The notes beneath the pieces were generated by a model. That model saw nothing but the letters and a program-made list of their open reading frames with translations, was not told where the DNA came from and did not search any database. A stretch of 64,000 nt of DNA from contig JBHGNT010000005.1 in NCBI GenBank assembly GCA_043228905.1, forward strand, positions 5,952,001 to 6,016,000, written 5' to 3'. The position numbers and the translations under genes are program-made. Positions 51,960 to 63,375 of the stretch are shown here, piece after piece. The stretch is from Azolla caroliniana (taxonomy: Eukaryota; Plantae; Polypodiophyta). Every line of letters begins with the position of its first letter. The first letter of the stretch is position 1.

Positions 51960-54900
51960 GTGTTAGAAAGGAGAGGTGGAGTGTGTATTTCGGTGAGGAA
52001 ATCAGCGGATATCATCATCTTGGATCATGGCATATTGATCGAAGGTAGGGCTATGTTTTGCTACTTGGAATGGAGGAATGTAAAATTTGGGGTGCTGAAT
52101 GTCTACGCACCTAACATTAGCAATGAGAGGACCTCATTTTGGAGACTGTTGGCAAACAAAATTCCCTCCGTCGACAATTGGATAGTGGCAGGGGATTTTA
52201 ACATGACAGAGAGAGTGGAAGATTGTCTTGGGGCTCATTCGAACTTGCTACATGGGGAGGAGTTTAGAGCGTGGGGTTTCTTAACTTCTATGTTGGGAAT
52301 CCGAGACTCGTGGTATTCTACTATGGCAGTTGAGGTGAATTCCTTAAGGTTCTCACGATTTGGCTAGAAGGAGAGTGAAGGATGTCACTCTAGATTGGAC
52401 CGCATCTATGTGAGCCCCGGGATAGAGGAATGGAGTGGCTTCTCATCCATTCTTGCTGGTTTTACTTATTCGGATCACCTTCCAGTATCCTTGACTCTTG
52501 AACCTATTTATAAGAAGAAGAGTGAGAGCAATGTGAGGATTCCTCCGAAGATTTTCGGTATCCAAAAGGTTAAGGATGCAATGAATACCATTTGGACGGC
52601 ATCCCCATCAGCCCACGACCCGATACAGGTACTAGAGGAAAATATTATTAATTCTTCTTTGTTTCTTCAGAAAGTGGCTAGGGAGGAGCTGTTAAGGTGT
52701 CAATACCGTCTGCAATGCCTAAGGAAGGCAGTCATCTCAGCTCAAAAGCTCACGCAAGTGGACCCATGTTGTGCTTGGGCGAAAGACAGGCTGCAGGAGG
52801 CCACTAGGTTGTTGTAGGAGGTTAGACAGCAACGTGAGCAATTCCTCTTCAGAAAGTCAGCAGCATGGTGGGCTGTCAAGGGAGATAAAGTTAACAGGGA
52901 ATTTTTTCTTGCCAAGACTCTGAAACAGAGAGGAACACATATTCATAGTCTCAAACGGGAGGATGATTCAATGACATTTGATCAAGAGGAAATCTTGCAA
53001 ATGGCGACTAATTACTACAGAGACCTTTTAGCTCCTACGTTGACAAACGACCCTCCGAGTAACCTGATGCATGGTGTAATTACATGCTTGAAAACCAGGA
53101 TTGGAGAAGCAGCTAAAGCGCAGTTGTCAAAAGCCATAGAGGAGGAAGAGATTGTAGCGGGGCTAGATAAGATACAGAGTATGGCTTGTCCTGGTGCTGA
53201 CAGTCTTCCCAAAGCCTTCTTCAAGGAGTTTTGGGAGCAAATTTTTCCAAGCTTGAAAGCTGGACTGCAAGAGATGTGGAGAACGGGACGGATGCCGAGT
53301 AGCTTCAATGAAGGCTTGATCTACTTGATTCCGAAATCGGAGACTACGCTGCACGAGATTAAGCAATGGAGGCCGATTACAATTTTAAACCTAATTTATA
53401 AAAATTTTGCTAACATATTAGTGCAGAGAATCAAGCCCTTCCTAGGCGATATCATCCAATCCAATCAAACTGGTTTCATGGAGCATCGTTCTATTATGGA
53501 CAACGTGATTTTGTTTTGGGAGGCTGTTGCAACGGCGAAGGTGACCAATCAAAACTTAGCCTGTCTGATGCTCGACTTCGAGAAAGCCTATGATCGAGTG
53601 CAATGGTCTTTCTTGGAAGAAGTGATGAAGGTCATTGAGCTACCATTGGAATGGAGGTGTGCTGCCCAAGCCTTATATAGGAATGGCTCGAGTAAGGTGC
53701 TGATTGCAGGGAGGAAAGGAGCTCAAATCATTCTTACTCGATCCATCAGGCAGGGTTGTCCTCTTGCCCCCTTTCTTTTCCTTTTTATTACTGAAGCAAT
53801 GTCTGCCCTTTTTAATAGCCAAGGGGCAAATCTTCATGGTCTTTCGATCCCTAATGCAAGGAAGTCCCTGCTGGATTCGGAGTTCGCGGACGATACGATG
53901 TTATACCTCCAAGGAAATGAAGCGAATCTTGAGAGGGCACAGAGTGCTATTGAGCTCTTTTGCAAGGCATTGGGAGCGTCCATTAATTGGAAGAAGTCCA
54001 AGGGTTTTTGGACCAGCTTGGAGCCCGAGCCTGTTTGGAATCCAAATGCTGAATTCAAATGGATTGCAAATGGGGAAGCCACTAGGTATCTGGGAACGTG
54101 GATTGGGGTAGATATCGACAAGGGAATTCAATTGCAACATATTCAAAGCAAAATCTGTGACAAAATTCGCAACTGGTCAGGGATGAACTTATCATTGGCT
54201 GGCAGGATCATAGTAGCTAACCATGTGCTTTTGTCTACATTATGGCATGCAGTTTCAGTGTGGATGTTTGACAAGCAAGCTATTCGTACTGTTAAAGCGT
54301 GTATTAGGGGATTTCTTTGGGCGGGGATGAGGAAAGACAATGCGGCAGCCAAAGTATCATGGTCTACATTGATTCTTCCCAAGAGTAAGGGGGGTTTAGG
54401 ATTGGTTGACCCTGGATTGCAGAGTCAGGCATTGTTATGTAATATATTGGTAAGAAGCTTGCTACCCGGTGATGAGTTATGGAAAACATTGATACATAAT
54501 AGGAGCATTCTATGGAGTCCAAGATTGGGTGGGCAATGGAAGTCACACAAAGCGTGGCCTTTTTGCATGGACTTAAAATTGAGGAAATCTAACCGATTGG
54601 CTGATCATACTTGTATGTCAGTGATGCAGGCGTGGAGTATGCTTCGTGGGCATCTAAGTCGGAATCGTCCAAGTACTAGTGCTGAATGGATGTGCCAACC
54701 CCTATCGTGGAACGAGACCGTGCAATCGCCAGAAGGAATGATGCTTGGACAAAGCAAGCGCATGTCGTGGGCTATATTGCATTGTCTAGGGATACACTCG
54801 GTGGCTGATTGGCTGCGGTTGTCCGGCAATAATCGTGATCAATTATATGAAGACATGGGAAAGGTCAGAAATGGCAGAAAGATGCTTGACGTAGTCAATA

Positions 54901-56021
54901 CAGCTGTCTCCTCGCTTCCTATTGGTAATGAGGAAGAGGGTGAATGGTCTGGACAATGTGATGGTACCAGAAATATTATCAATGTCAGGGGTCTAGGAAA
55001 GAGTGGGAAGACCGTCCTGATGGGATTATTAGATGAAAGTGCAGGCTGGTACCCTATTAGAATTGTGGCAAGACACGGAAAGAAATGGAAGGTGAATCCA
55101 CCAGTCGAAGAGGTCGAGGAGGATTGGATCTTGTACGTGGTTGAAGGCAAGCCTCTCGAGCGCGTAGAATGGGATCCCGCTGAATATAGGTGGAAGGGAG
55201 AACAAGCTAAATCACTAGGTTTCTTCAAATACTCGACGCGCTTGGGGAGAAAGTTAGGTTCGTATCGTGAGAAATGTGCCAACAAGTGGACCCATGCAGC
55301 TATTGATTCAATCTTCGTGGATAGAACCAAGAGCAGGATATGGAACTCATCCCTTCCCGAGCGGATCAAAGTGTTTTTCTGGTTAATCACCCATCGGGTT
55401 GTTCCAACAGGAGAGTGGCTTGGGAATAGAGGCAGCATGAGTGGTTGCAAGGCGTGTAGTGCTAGCTTGGAGGACATCGCTCATTGTTTGTGGTGCTGCC
55501 CACGAGCGCAAGAAATCTGGCTGAGGAGCTTAAGAATCTTGGCTCGTTTTGGGGTTGAGGTTCATGTATCGAGCGCAGCAATCACTTGGCTGGCCACTGA
55601 ATCGGCCTCGTGGTTTCAAGGGTGGGATGGAAACAGTCCTTCTTTAATGGTAAAGCAAGGATCTGTGCAACCATCAATGCAAGGAGGTTTATTCTTCTTA
55701 CAGGAACGCTACGTGGACATATGGGTATTACTGGTCGGCCTTACGGTCTGGCAAGTGTGGGTATCTCGGTGCAAGGAGACCCTCGCAGGTAAACGAACCC
55801 CACTGGTTGAGAATTTAATGATGATCTGGTTTAATCTTATTTCTACGTTGCGAGGTGAGTTTGAAAGTCTTCAAGGGCCATCTGATGCAAGTGAAAAAGC
55901 TAGAGCTCGATTCCTTCGGAAATGGAGCGGTTCGTCGATGCTGCAGATAATGGATGGTAAAGTGAAGTGGAATTATCAACCACCGCGGTGGCTGTTCCCT
56001 CCAAGTGTTCCTAACATCTAG
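51960..56021 (+). pseudogene. L1 ORF2 (endonuclease-RT-zf-RVT) with premature stops at 52367 and 52817
   Basis: WRPITILN, LDFEKAYDRV, RQGCPLAP, FADD, RYLG, GGLGL, CKAC...HCLWCC, VWQVWVSRC. Confidence 0.9.
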
Positions 56022-56164
56022 ATGGGTGCTGCCATGAGGAGCGAATGGAGGACATATATGCTGAATTCTGTTTTGTATGAGGCTCACGTGGAGAATAGGT
56101 GTTCGAGTAATGCTATACACATAGAATGATGTGGTGTTTTGGAGTTGTTTTTTTATGTTGTTTC

Positions 56165-56763
56165 TGTTGGGATTGCGGTCCCTCCGGATGGGATGGTCGG
56201 ATGTCCGGAGATGAATGACGACAAGCCCGGTTGCGGTTTCGGAACCGGATGATGAAGACCCCGGCTTCGGAGCCGGATGACGAATGTACCCAGAGAGAGA
56301 TCCGGATGCGGGGACATATCTGTGAATATGTTCGCCAAGGGCCCTTGAGGCTATAGTTGTAAATAGCCCTAAAGTCATATGTGTATAAATATGACTTAGG
56401 GCAAACAGTTGTGTTGTTGCTACTCATTTTTCTGTTTTTCCACTCAAGAGGAGTGAAGAGAGAGCAGCCGTGAGAGATAGAGCGTGAGAGAGGGAGAGGT
56501 CGACGCCTCTGTGTAATACCGCCGCCTGTGGCGAGGATAGCGAGCTCAAGGTCGTCGCCTTGCAGCTCGCCATTGTATATTTCTCTGTGCATAGTTTTGG
56601 TTTGGAGTCTTGCACTCCCGTGGTTTTTCCCGTATAGGGTTTTCCACGTTAATCCCTGTGTTATCGTGTCTTTCTCTGTGTTTCCTATTTTCTGCTGCAT
56701 TGATTCGTGATTTCTCGGTTGTGGCCGAGTGGTGAAAGCGAATCGGAGCGTTGATTCTCAACA
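56165..56763 (+). repeat. 5' LTR
   Basis: TGTTGGG...CTCAACA; about 4 substitutions versus the 3' LTR by eye. Confidence 0.95.
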
Positions 56764-56766
56764 AAG

Positions 56767-56778
56767 TGGTATCAGAGC
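56767..56778 (+). promoter_or_regulatory. PBS for tRNA-iMet
   Basis: TGGTATCAGAGC, 3 nt after the LTR end. Confidence 0.92.
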
Positions 56779-56794
56779 GACGGCAGTGCAGAAA

Positions 56795-59700
56795 ATGGAA
56801 GGCGGCAGCAGCGGGCAGCCGGGGATGATGGTGCTGAATGCGCAGAATTACGCCGACTGGAAGATCAAGATGGAGGATCTTCTGATTGTTCGGGACCTGT
56901 ACGAACCGATTGACAGGTCGGAAATACCGAAGGGGGTACTTGAGTCGGAATGGAGGCTTCTGAACCGGAAAGCCGTTGCAACCATTCGGCAATACGTCGA
57001 CGTGAGCGTTCTACAACATGTGGCGAACGACATCAATGCATATGAGATGTGGCGGAAGCTGTCGGGCCTCTACGAGAGGAAGAATGCGTTGAACCGGACC
57101 TCCCTGATGAGGAAGATAGTGAACCTCAAGTACCGGGACGGCGAGAGTATGGTGGAACAAGTAAGCACGTTCATGGGATTCGTGAACCAGCTTGCGGCGA
57201 TCAAGTTCCCGCTGGAGGATGCAATGCAAGCCATCATTCTGATGTGTACATTGCCGGAAAGCTGGGAGAACTTGGTGGTGACTCTCAGCACCTCCTGCAC
57301 GGAAGATAACTTGTCCCTACAAACGGTAAAGACAAGTATTTTGAACGAAGAAGCGCGTCGGAGAGATAAAGAACCGGCCTCCGACTCGAAGGCGCTGCTT
57401 ACCGAATCGGAACGGGGAAGACAATGGAACCGGAGTCCGCAAAGACGGGAGAAGTCGGGGACCCGGTCGCAGTCAAGAGGAAGACCCACATGCTTCCACT
57501 GTGGGAAGCCGGGGCACTTCCGGAAGAATTGTCGGCATTACCGAAAGGACAACGGAGCCGACGACACCGATTCGAAGAAGTCACCGGAGAGAAACGGTGC
57601 ATACCGGGGAGCCACGGGCCGGAGAGGTCCGGATCGGCGAGGGCAGGACCGGAAAGGAACGACGGCACTCGCGGCAAGTGAGGAAGAAATCATGCTCATC
57701 ACCGAAGAAGGTGAACTAAACATTGCCGGCGATGAGACGACCTGGGTGGTCGATTCCGGAGCATCGTTCCACCTGACCCCGTAGAGAAGATACTTCTCAT
57801 CCTACACAGTCGGTGAGCATGGCTGTGTTCGGATGGGAAATGAAGGTACGTGCCGGATTGCCGGCATAGGAGACGTGTGGTTGACAACCTCGACCGGATG
57901 CAAAATGCTGCTGAAGGATGTCCGACACGTTCCGGAGGTTCGATTGAACCTGATTTCGGCCGGGAGGCTAGACGATGAAGGCTACACAGGTAGCATCCGG
58001 AACGGCGTAATGAAGTTCAGCAAGGGGAGCCTGATAGTGGCTCGGGCCCGGAAAGTCAACACACTGTACCTTATGAATGCCCGGTTGTGTCCGGAAGAGT
58101 TGAACGTGGCAGCCGACAATGCCGGTGAGCTGTGGCACAAGAGACTGTGCCACATGAGTGAAAAGGGGATGAAGAGGCTTGCAGAAGACAACCTTATTCC
58201 AGTGAAGCGTGTGCACCTGGAGAAGTGCACCGATTGCCTAGCCGGTAAGCAAAACCGAACCTCCTTCCACTCAAGGCCACCGACGAGACGTGGCGCACCA
58301 TTGGAGTTGGTGCACACCGATGTGTGTCAGGTAGAAACGAAGTCACATGGCGGAGCCCAGTACTTCGTAACATTCATTGATGATCACAGCCGAAAGCTGT
58401 GGACGGCATCGTTGAAGACAAAGGACCAAGTATTGTCCGTCTTCAAAGAACTCCACGCGAGAGTGGAAAGGGAATCCGGCAAGAAGCTGAAAGCGATACG
58501 AGCGGATAACGGAGGGGAATACCGGGGGCAGTTCGCGGAGTACTGTCGCTCGAAGGGAATCCGGCTCGAGTTTACTGTGCCGAAGACGCCGGAACTGAAC
58601 GGGCTGGCCGAGAGGATGAACCGGACCATAATGGAGAGGGTCCGGAGTATGCTGGCGCATGCGAAATTACCCAAGGGGTTTTGGGCTGAGGCAATGTCGA
58701 CGGCGACATACGTGATAAACAGATCACCCTCAGTACCTTTGGACGGAGACACGCCGCAGAGAGTGTGGACCGGTAGGGAAGTATCCTATCGGCATCTGAA
58801 GGTGTTCGGTGTCTCGCATACGTGCATGTGGCAAAGGACCGGAGAGGAAAGCTAGATCCAAAGACCCGGCCATGCATATTCCTCGGTTACGACGACGACG
58901 AGTTCGGCTACCGAGTATGGGACCCGGTCGACAAGAAGATATTCAGGAGTCGAGATATCATCTTCATGGAGGACAAGACACTCGCCGACTGGGAGTCGGA
59001 GAAGAAGATGAAGAGCTCCAAGTCGACCGGTGAGAATCAACTCTACGAGGAGCAGTCCCGACCGGCAAGGGACCGGTTAACACTCGAAGATCCGGCCGAA
59101 GACGGTGAAGAAATAGAACCGGCCGAAGAAGATGAAAATGATACCGGAACCGGCCCCGATCCCGAAATGGATTCGGATGAAGAAGAATCGGAAGAACCGG
59201 TTACCGAAGCTCCGGAACGGAGATATCCTCTAAGAGAGAGAAGGGCTCCCCGGAGATTTCCGGAACCAGTGCACGTGCTGCTAACCGACGAGGGGGAGCC
59301 GGAGAGCTTTGAAGAAGCGAAGCATGACACCCATAGCCGCAGATGGTTAAGTGCTATGCAGGAGGAGATGGATTCCCTGCATGAGAACCACACATATGAA
59401 CTTGTGGAATTGCCGAAAGGAAAACGGGCACTCCGTAACAAGTGGGTGTTCAAGCTGAAACCGGGAGATGCCGGAAACCCCCCGAGATACAAAGCCAGGA
59501 TCGTGGTGAAGGGGTTTCAGCAGAAGAAGGGCGTCGACTTCGACGAGATATTTGCCCCGGTAGTGAAGATGACCTCCATCCGGACGGTGCTGAGCATAGC
59601 GGCAAGCATGGACCTCGAGGTAGAACAGATGGACGTGAAGACGACATTCCTTCACGGTGACCTCGAAGAAGAGATCTACATGTAGCAACCGGAAAGATTC

Positions 59701-60867
59701 GAGAAGAAAGGGAAGGAGCACCTGGTATGCCGGTTGAAGAAGAGCCTCTACGGTCTGAAGCAGGCTCCCCGGCAATGGTACCGGAAGTTCGACTCCTTCA
59801 TGACAGACGAAGGGTACCACAAAACGCAGTCCGATCACTGCGTGTTTGTGAAGAAGTTCGAAGGAGGAGACTTTCTAATACTCCTCATGTACGTGGACGA
59901 CATGTTGATCGTCGGACGAGACCAGGTCAAGATACGGATGCTGAAGAAGGCTCTTCACCGAACCTTCTCAATGAAGGACCTGGGTCCGGCGAGGCAAATA
60001 CTAGGGATGCACATCATCCGGGACCGGAAGAAGAAGCAGTTGTGGTTGTCACAGGAGAAGTACGTGACAAAGGTGCTTCACCGGTTCAACATGTCGGAAG
60101 CAAGACCGGTCGGGTCAACACTCCCGGCAAACTGCAAGCTGTCCAGCAAGCAAAGCCCCAAGACAAAGGCTGAGAAGGAGGACATGATGAAAGTACCATA
60201 TGCCTCTGCCGTCGGGAGCTTGATGTACGCAATGGTGTGTACCCGACCGGACATAGGATATGCAGTCGGAGTGGTGAGCCGGTACATGAGCAATCCCGGC
60301 AAAGAGCATTGGAACGCGGCCAAGTGGATACTCCGATACCTGAAGGGCACGGCAAACGTGTGCCTCCGATTCGGCTCCGGTAAGCCCGAACTCGACGGCT
60401 TCACCGATTCGGATATGTCGGCTGATGCAGATACCAGCCGGTCCACATCAGGGTATGTGATGACGTATGCAGGGGGAGCTGTTTCATGGCAGTCGAGGCT
60501 GCAGAAGACGGTTGCGTTGTCAACCACGGAGGCGGAGTACATGGCGGCTGTTGAAGCCGGCAAGGAAATAATATGGATGAAGGACTTCATTAGAGAGCTC
60601 GGTATCCAGCAGGAGGAGTACCGACTCTACTGCGACAGTCAGAGTGCCATCCACCTTGCGAAGAATGCGGCCTATCACTCCCGGACAAAGCACATCCAGC
60701 GTAGATACCACTGGATCCGGGAAAGGATAGAAGACAAGGAGTTCGTGCTGACGAAGATCCACACGGACGAGAACGGGTCGGATATGCTGACCAAGGTACT
60801 TACACCCGACAAGCTGGAAGCATGCCGGAAGAGGATCGGATTGGAGAGACATCCCATGCCGAAGTGA
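56795..60867 (+). pseudogene. copia gag-pol polyprotein with stops at 57782 and 59683 and a frameshift near 58810
   Basis: CFHCGKPGHFRKNC, WVVDSGASFH, LWHKRLCH...C..C, LVHTD...DNGGEY...NGLAER, YVDDML, TRPDI, SWQS..Q, CDSQSA. Confidence 0.93.
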
Positions 60868-60875
60868 AGGGGGAG
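60861..60875 (+). promoter_or_regulatory. Polypurine tract
   Basis: GAAGTGAAGGGGGAG immediately before the 3' LTR. Confidence 0.85.
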
Positions 60876-60877
60876 TT

Positions 60878-61476
60878 TGTTGGGATTGCGGTCCCTCCGG
60901 ATGGGATGGTCGGATGTCCGGAGATGAATGACGACAAGCCCGGTTGCGGTTTCAGAACCGGATGATGAAGACCCCGGCTTCGGAGCCGGATGACGAATGT
61001 ACCCGGAGAGAGATCCGGATGCGGGGACATATCTGTGAATATGTTCGCCAAGGGCCCTTGAGGCTATAGTTGTAAATAGCCCTAAAGTCATATGTGTATA
61101 AATATGACTTAGGGCAAACAATTGTGTTGTTGCTACTCATTTTTCTGTTTTTCCACTCAAGAGGAGTGAAGAGAGAGCAGCCGTGAGAGATAGAGCGTGA
61201 GAGAGGGAGAGGTCGACGCCTCTGTGTAATACCGCCGCCTGTGGCGAGGATAGCGAGCTCAAGGTCGTCGCCTTGCAGCTCGCCATTGTATATTTCTCTG
61301 TGCATAGTTTTGGTTTGGAGTCTTGCACTCCCGTGGTTTTTCCCGTATAGGGTTTTCCACGTCAATCCCTGTGTTATCGTGTCTTTCTCTGTGTTTCCTA
61401 TTTTCTGCTGCATTGATTCGTGATTTCTCGGTTGTGGCCGAGTGGTGAAAGCGAATCGGAGCGTTGATTCTCAACA
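60878..61476 (+). repeat. 3' LTR
   Basis: 599-bp near-identical copy of 56165-56763. Confidence 0.95.
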
Positions 61477-61786
61477 GTTTCATCTACACATTGTTTTCCT
61501 TTGACATGCAAGATGTCTTGTAAGATATGAGTTGTAAATGATTCCTTTGTACATTCTTAACTAATGGAAGTAGATGTTTTTGGAAAAAAAAATATAGATC
61601 ACCTCTTTTACCATCAATTGCCTTTAGCAAGTATTGAACACTTCACCCTTTTGTTCTAAAATTAGCTCTTACCATTGTTGTTGACTTCTTCTTTTTTACA
61701 TTTCCTTTTGATAATGACCAAAATCCCAACCTATTATAAAACTTGACTTTGTTGGCTCTTTTCTGCTGTCACATGTACCATATCAT

Positions 61787-61934
61787 GAGGTCAAAAACCA
61801 TAATGACTAAATGCATGGACTACTCACCTTTTGATGCCAATGATGTTAGTTTCACATTCCTTGTAAAGGTAAACATTGTCAACACTCTAACAATATTTGA
61901 TACATGAGTGGGACTATTATCAAATACACCACTT
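61787..61934 (+). repeat. Left copy of the ~148-bp direct repeat flanking the Penelope-like insert
   Basis: GAGGTCAAAAACCATAATGAC...GGACTATTATCAA.TACACC is repeated at 63226-63375. Confidence 0.92.
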
Positions 61935-62543
61935 ACTCCCGTCTTAAAAAGCAAAATTCATAATCTTTCAAATTACGCCCTTAGTAAATTAGAAATCAAA
62001 CTTTTAAACCTAGGACTTCTGTTTATACCCCCCTGCCCCCCACCTACTAACCAATCCATTCTTCAAGAATACCAAAACCTCAGTAGATCCTTGAGACTTA
62101 AACATTTCTTTAAAGACTTAAACTCTCCCCCCTCTAATCCCTTCAAACTACCCAACCCGAATTGGAACCCTCCTACTAAGTATCCACCATTAGAGTCTAT
62201 ACTCCATAAACACAATATCTCTCTCTCCACAAACCTCCATAATAATATACAGCCTAATACCAAAATACCACTACACCTCCAAATAGCACTAACCAGCCGT
62301 AGAAAAAACAAACAAATAATCATCCTACTAGCGGACAAAAACATCGGAGTTTGTGTCCTCAATAAAAAAACATACCTAGATGAAGCCCTAGAACATTTTT
62401 CCGACATCACTACATATGTATTTTATATCTTCACTCATTTCTTTTCTCTCTCTCTCTCTCTCTCTCCCTTTTTTCTCCCTTCTCCCTTCCCCCTCCCCTA
62501 TACCTCTCACTACCTTTTTGTACACATTTCACTAAAATCCATA

Positions 62544-62579
<36 letters not shown>

Positions 62580-62966
62580 CTCTTTTCCCTCAAACCTTCT
62601 CTCCACCACTCTTACTAACTTCCTTTTTCTTTCCCTTCTTATTCCCTTCCTTTATTTTCCCCTTCTCACCATCTTATGTTTACTTACTTATAATTACATA
62701 CCCTATCACTCATTCATTTCCCCTTATCACCCTATCCCACTCCCACTCACTCATCTGTCTTATCACCCTATCAATCTTCCTATCACCAACTCATTTTCCC
62801 CTTTACCACCACCCCCCCTATCATCAAGATCTTCCACCTTAAATCCTTACAGCCTTCTATCTATTTACACTCTTATTACACCCCACTCACTATGATTATA
62901 CTTTCCCTCTTTCTCCTCCCTTCCCCATTCTCAACATCCTATATAAACCACCTTTTTTATTTACAT

Positions 62967-63021
62967 GACCTTTTGCACTGATGAGCTCTAAGCGAGCGAA
63001 ACTAGTTTGTTGCATAAGGTC
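62967..63021 (+). ncRNA. Type I (minimal, PLE-style) hammerhead ribozyme motif
   Basis: GACCTTTTGCA-CTGATGA-GCTC(TAAGC)GAGC-GAAA-CTAG-TT-tgt-TGCATAAGGTC. Conserved CUGAUGA and GAAA cores, 4-bp stem II, 11-position stem I with one U-U mismatch, and a short palindromic stem III. Confidence 0.8.
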
Positions 63022-63050
63022 TTTCCTTTCATTTTAATGAAAATTTTTGA

Positions 63051-63052
<2 letters not shown>

Positions 63053-63125
<73 letters not shown>
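63053..63125. repeat. (CT)n microsatellite
   Basis: About 35 units, directly visible. Confidence 0.95.
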
Positions 63126-63129
<4 letters not shown>

Positions 63130-63225
63130 CTTTGTGCTTAGAATCTCTTCTTTTCCTATTACATTATCTACCATATCACAAAGTCACCCGCACTCTTTGC
63201 TACAACCGAACGGTTAATAACAAAA

Positions 63226-63375
63226 GAGGTCAAAAACCATAATGACTAAATGCATGGACTACTACACCTTTTGATGCCAATGATGTTAGTTTCACACTCC
63301 TTGTAAAGGTAAACGTTGTCAACACTCTAACAATATTTGATACATGAGTGGGACTATTATCAACTACACCTACTT
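63226..63375 (+). repeat. Right copy of the ~148-bp direct repeat
   Basis: Differs from 61787-61934 at about 5 positions (3 substitutions, 2 single-base indels by eye). Confidence 0.92.

Larger units (their letters stand above)
56165..61476 (+). mobile_element. Young Ty1/copia LTR retrotransposon (Tnt1/Tork-like), structurally complete but with three coding lesions
   Basis: 599-bp TG...CA LTRs. TSD GTTTC at 56160-56164 and 61477-61481. PBS tRNA-iMet, PPT, and gag-PR-INT-RT-RH order. Confidence 0.97.
51930..61592 (+). mobile_element. 5'-truncated L1 LINE (ORF2 only) whose 3' UTR is split by the copia insertion
   Basis: Endonuclease (NVYAPN, GDFN, DRIY, SDH) has two in-frame stops, followed by a 1016-aa open RT/zf-RVT ORF. 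The 3' UTR appears to resume after 61481 and ends in an A-run at ~61584-61592. No TSD was found. Confidence 0.82.
61935..63225 (+). mobile_element. Penelope-like element derivative: truncated RT N-terminus, pyrimidine-rich spacer, TATA-like box, hammerhead ribozyme, (CT)n, A-rich end
   Basis: IHNLS...LS..E..LL.LGL.FIP, LRLKHFF, WNPP, AL....KNKQIIILLADKNIGVCVLNKKTY..EA..H.SD.TTY match the PLE pre-RT region with its DKG-type motif as I know it. A hammerhead core lies downstream. Confidence 0.75.

Noticed and set aside
55815-61483. Many antisense/overlapping ORFs in the copia and its LTRs
   Set aside because: Expected shadow ORFs of GC-rich coding DNA, with no independent motifs.
62416-62618. 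C-terminal part of the 236-aa ORF 61908..62618 as real protein
   Set aside because: Read-through into a (CT)-rich tract. The ORF's first ~9 codons also come from the flanking direct repeat.
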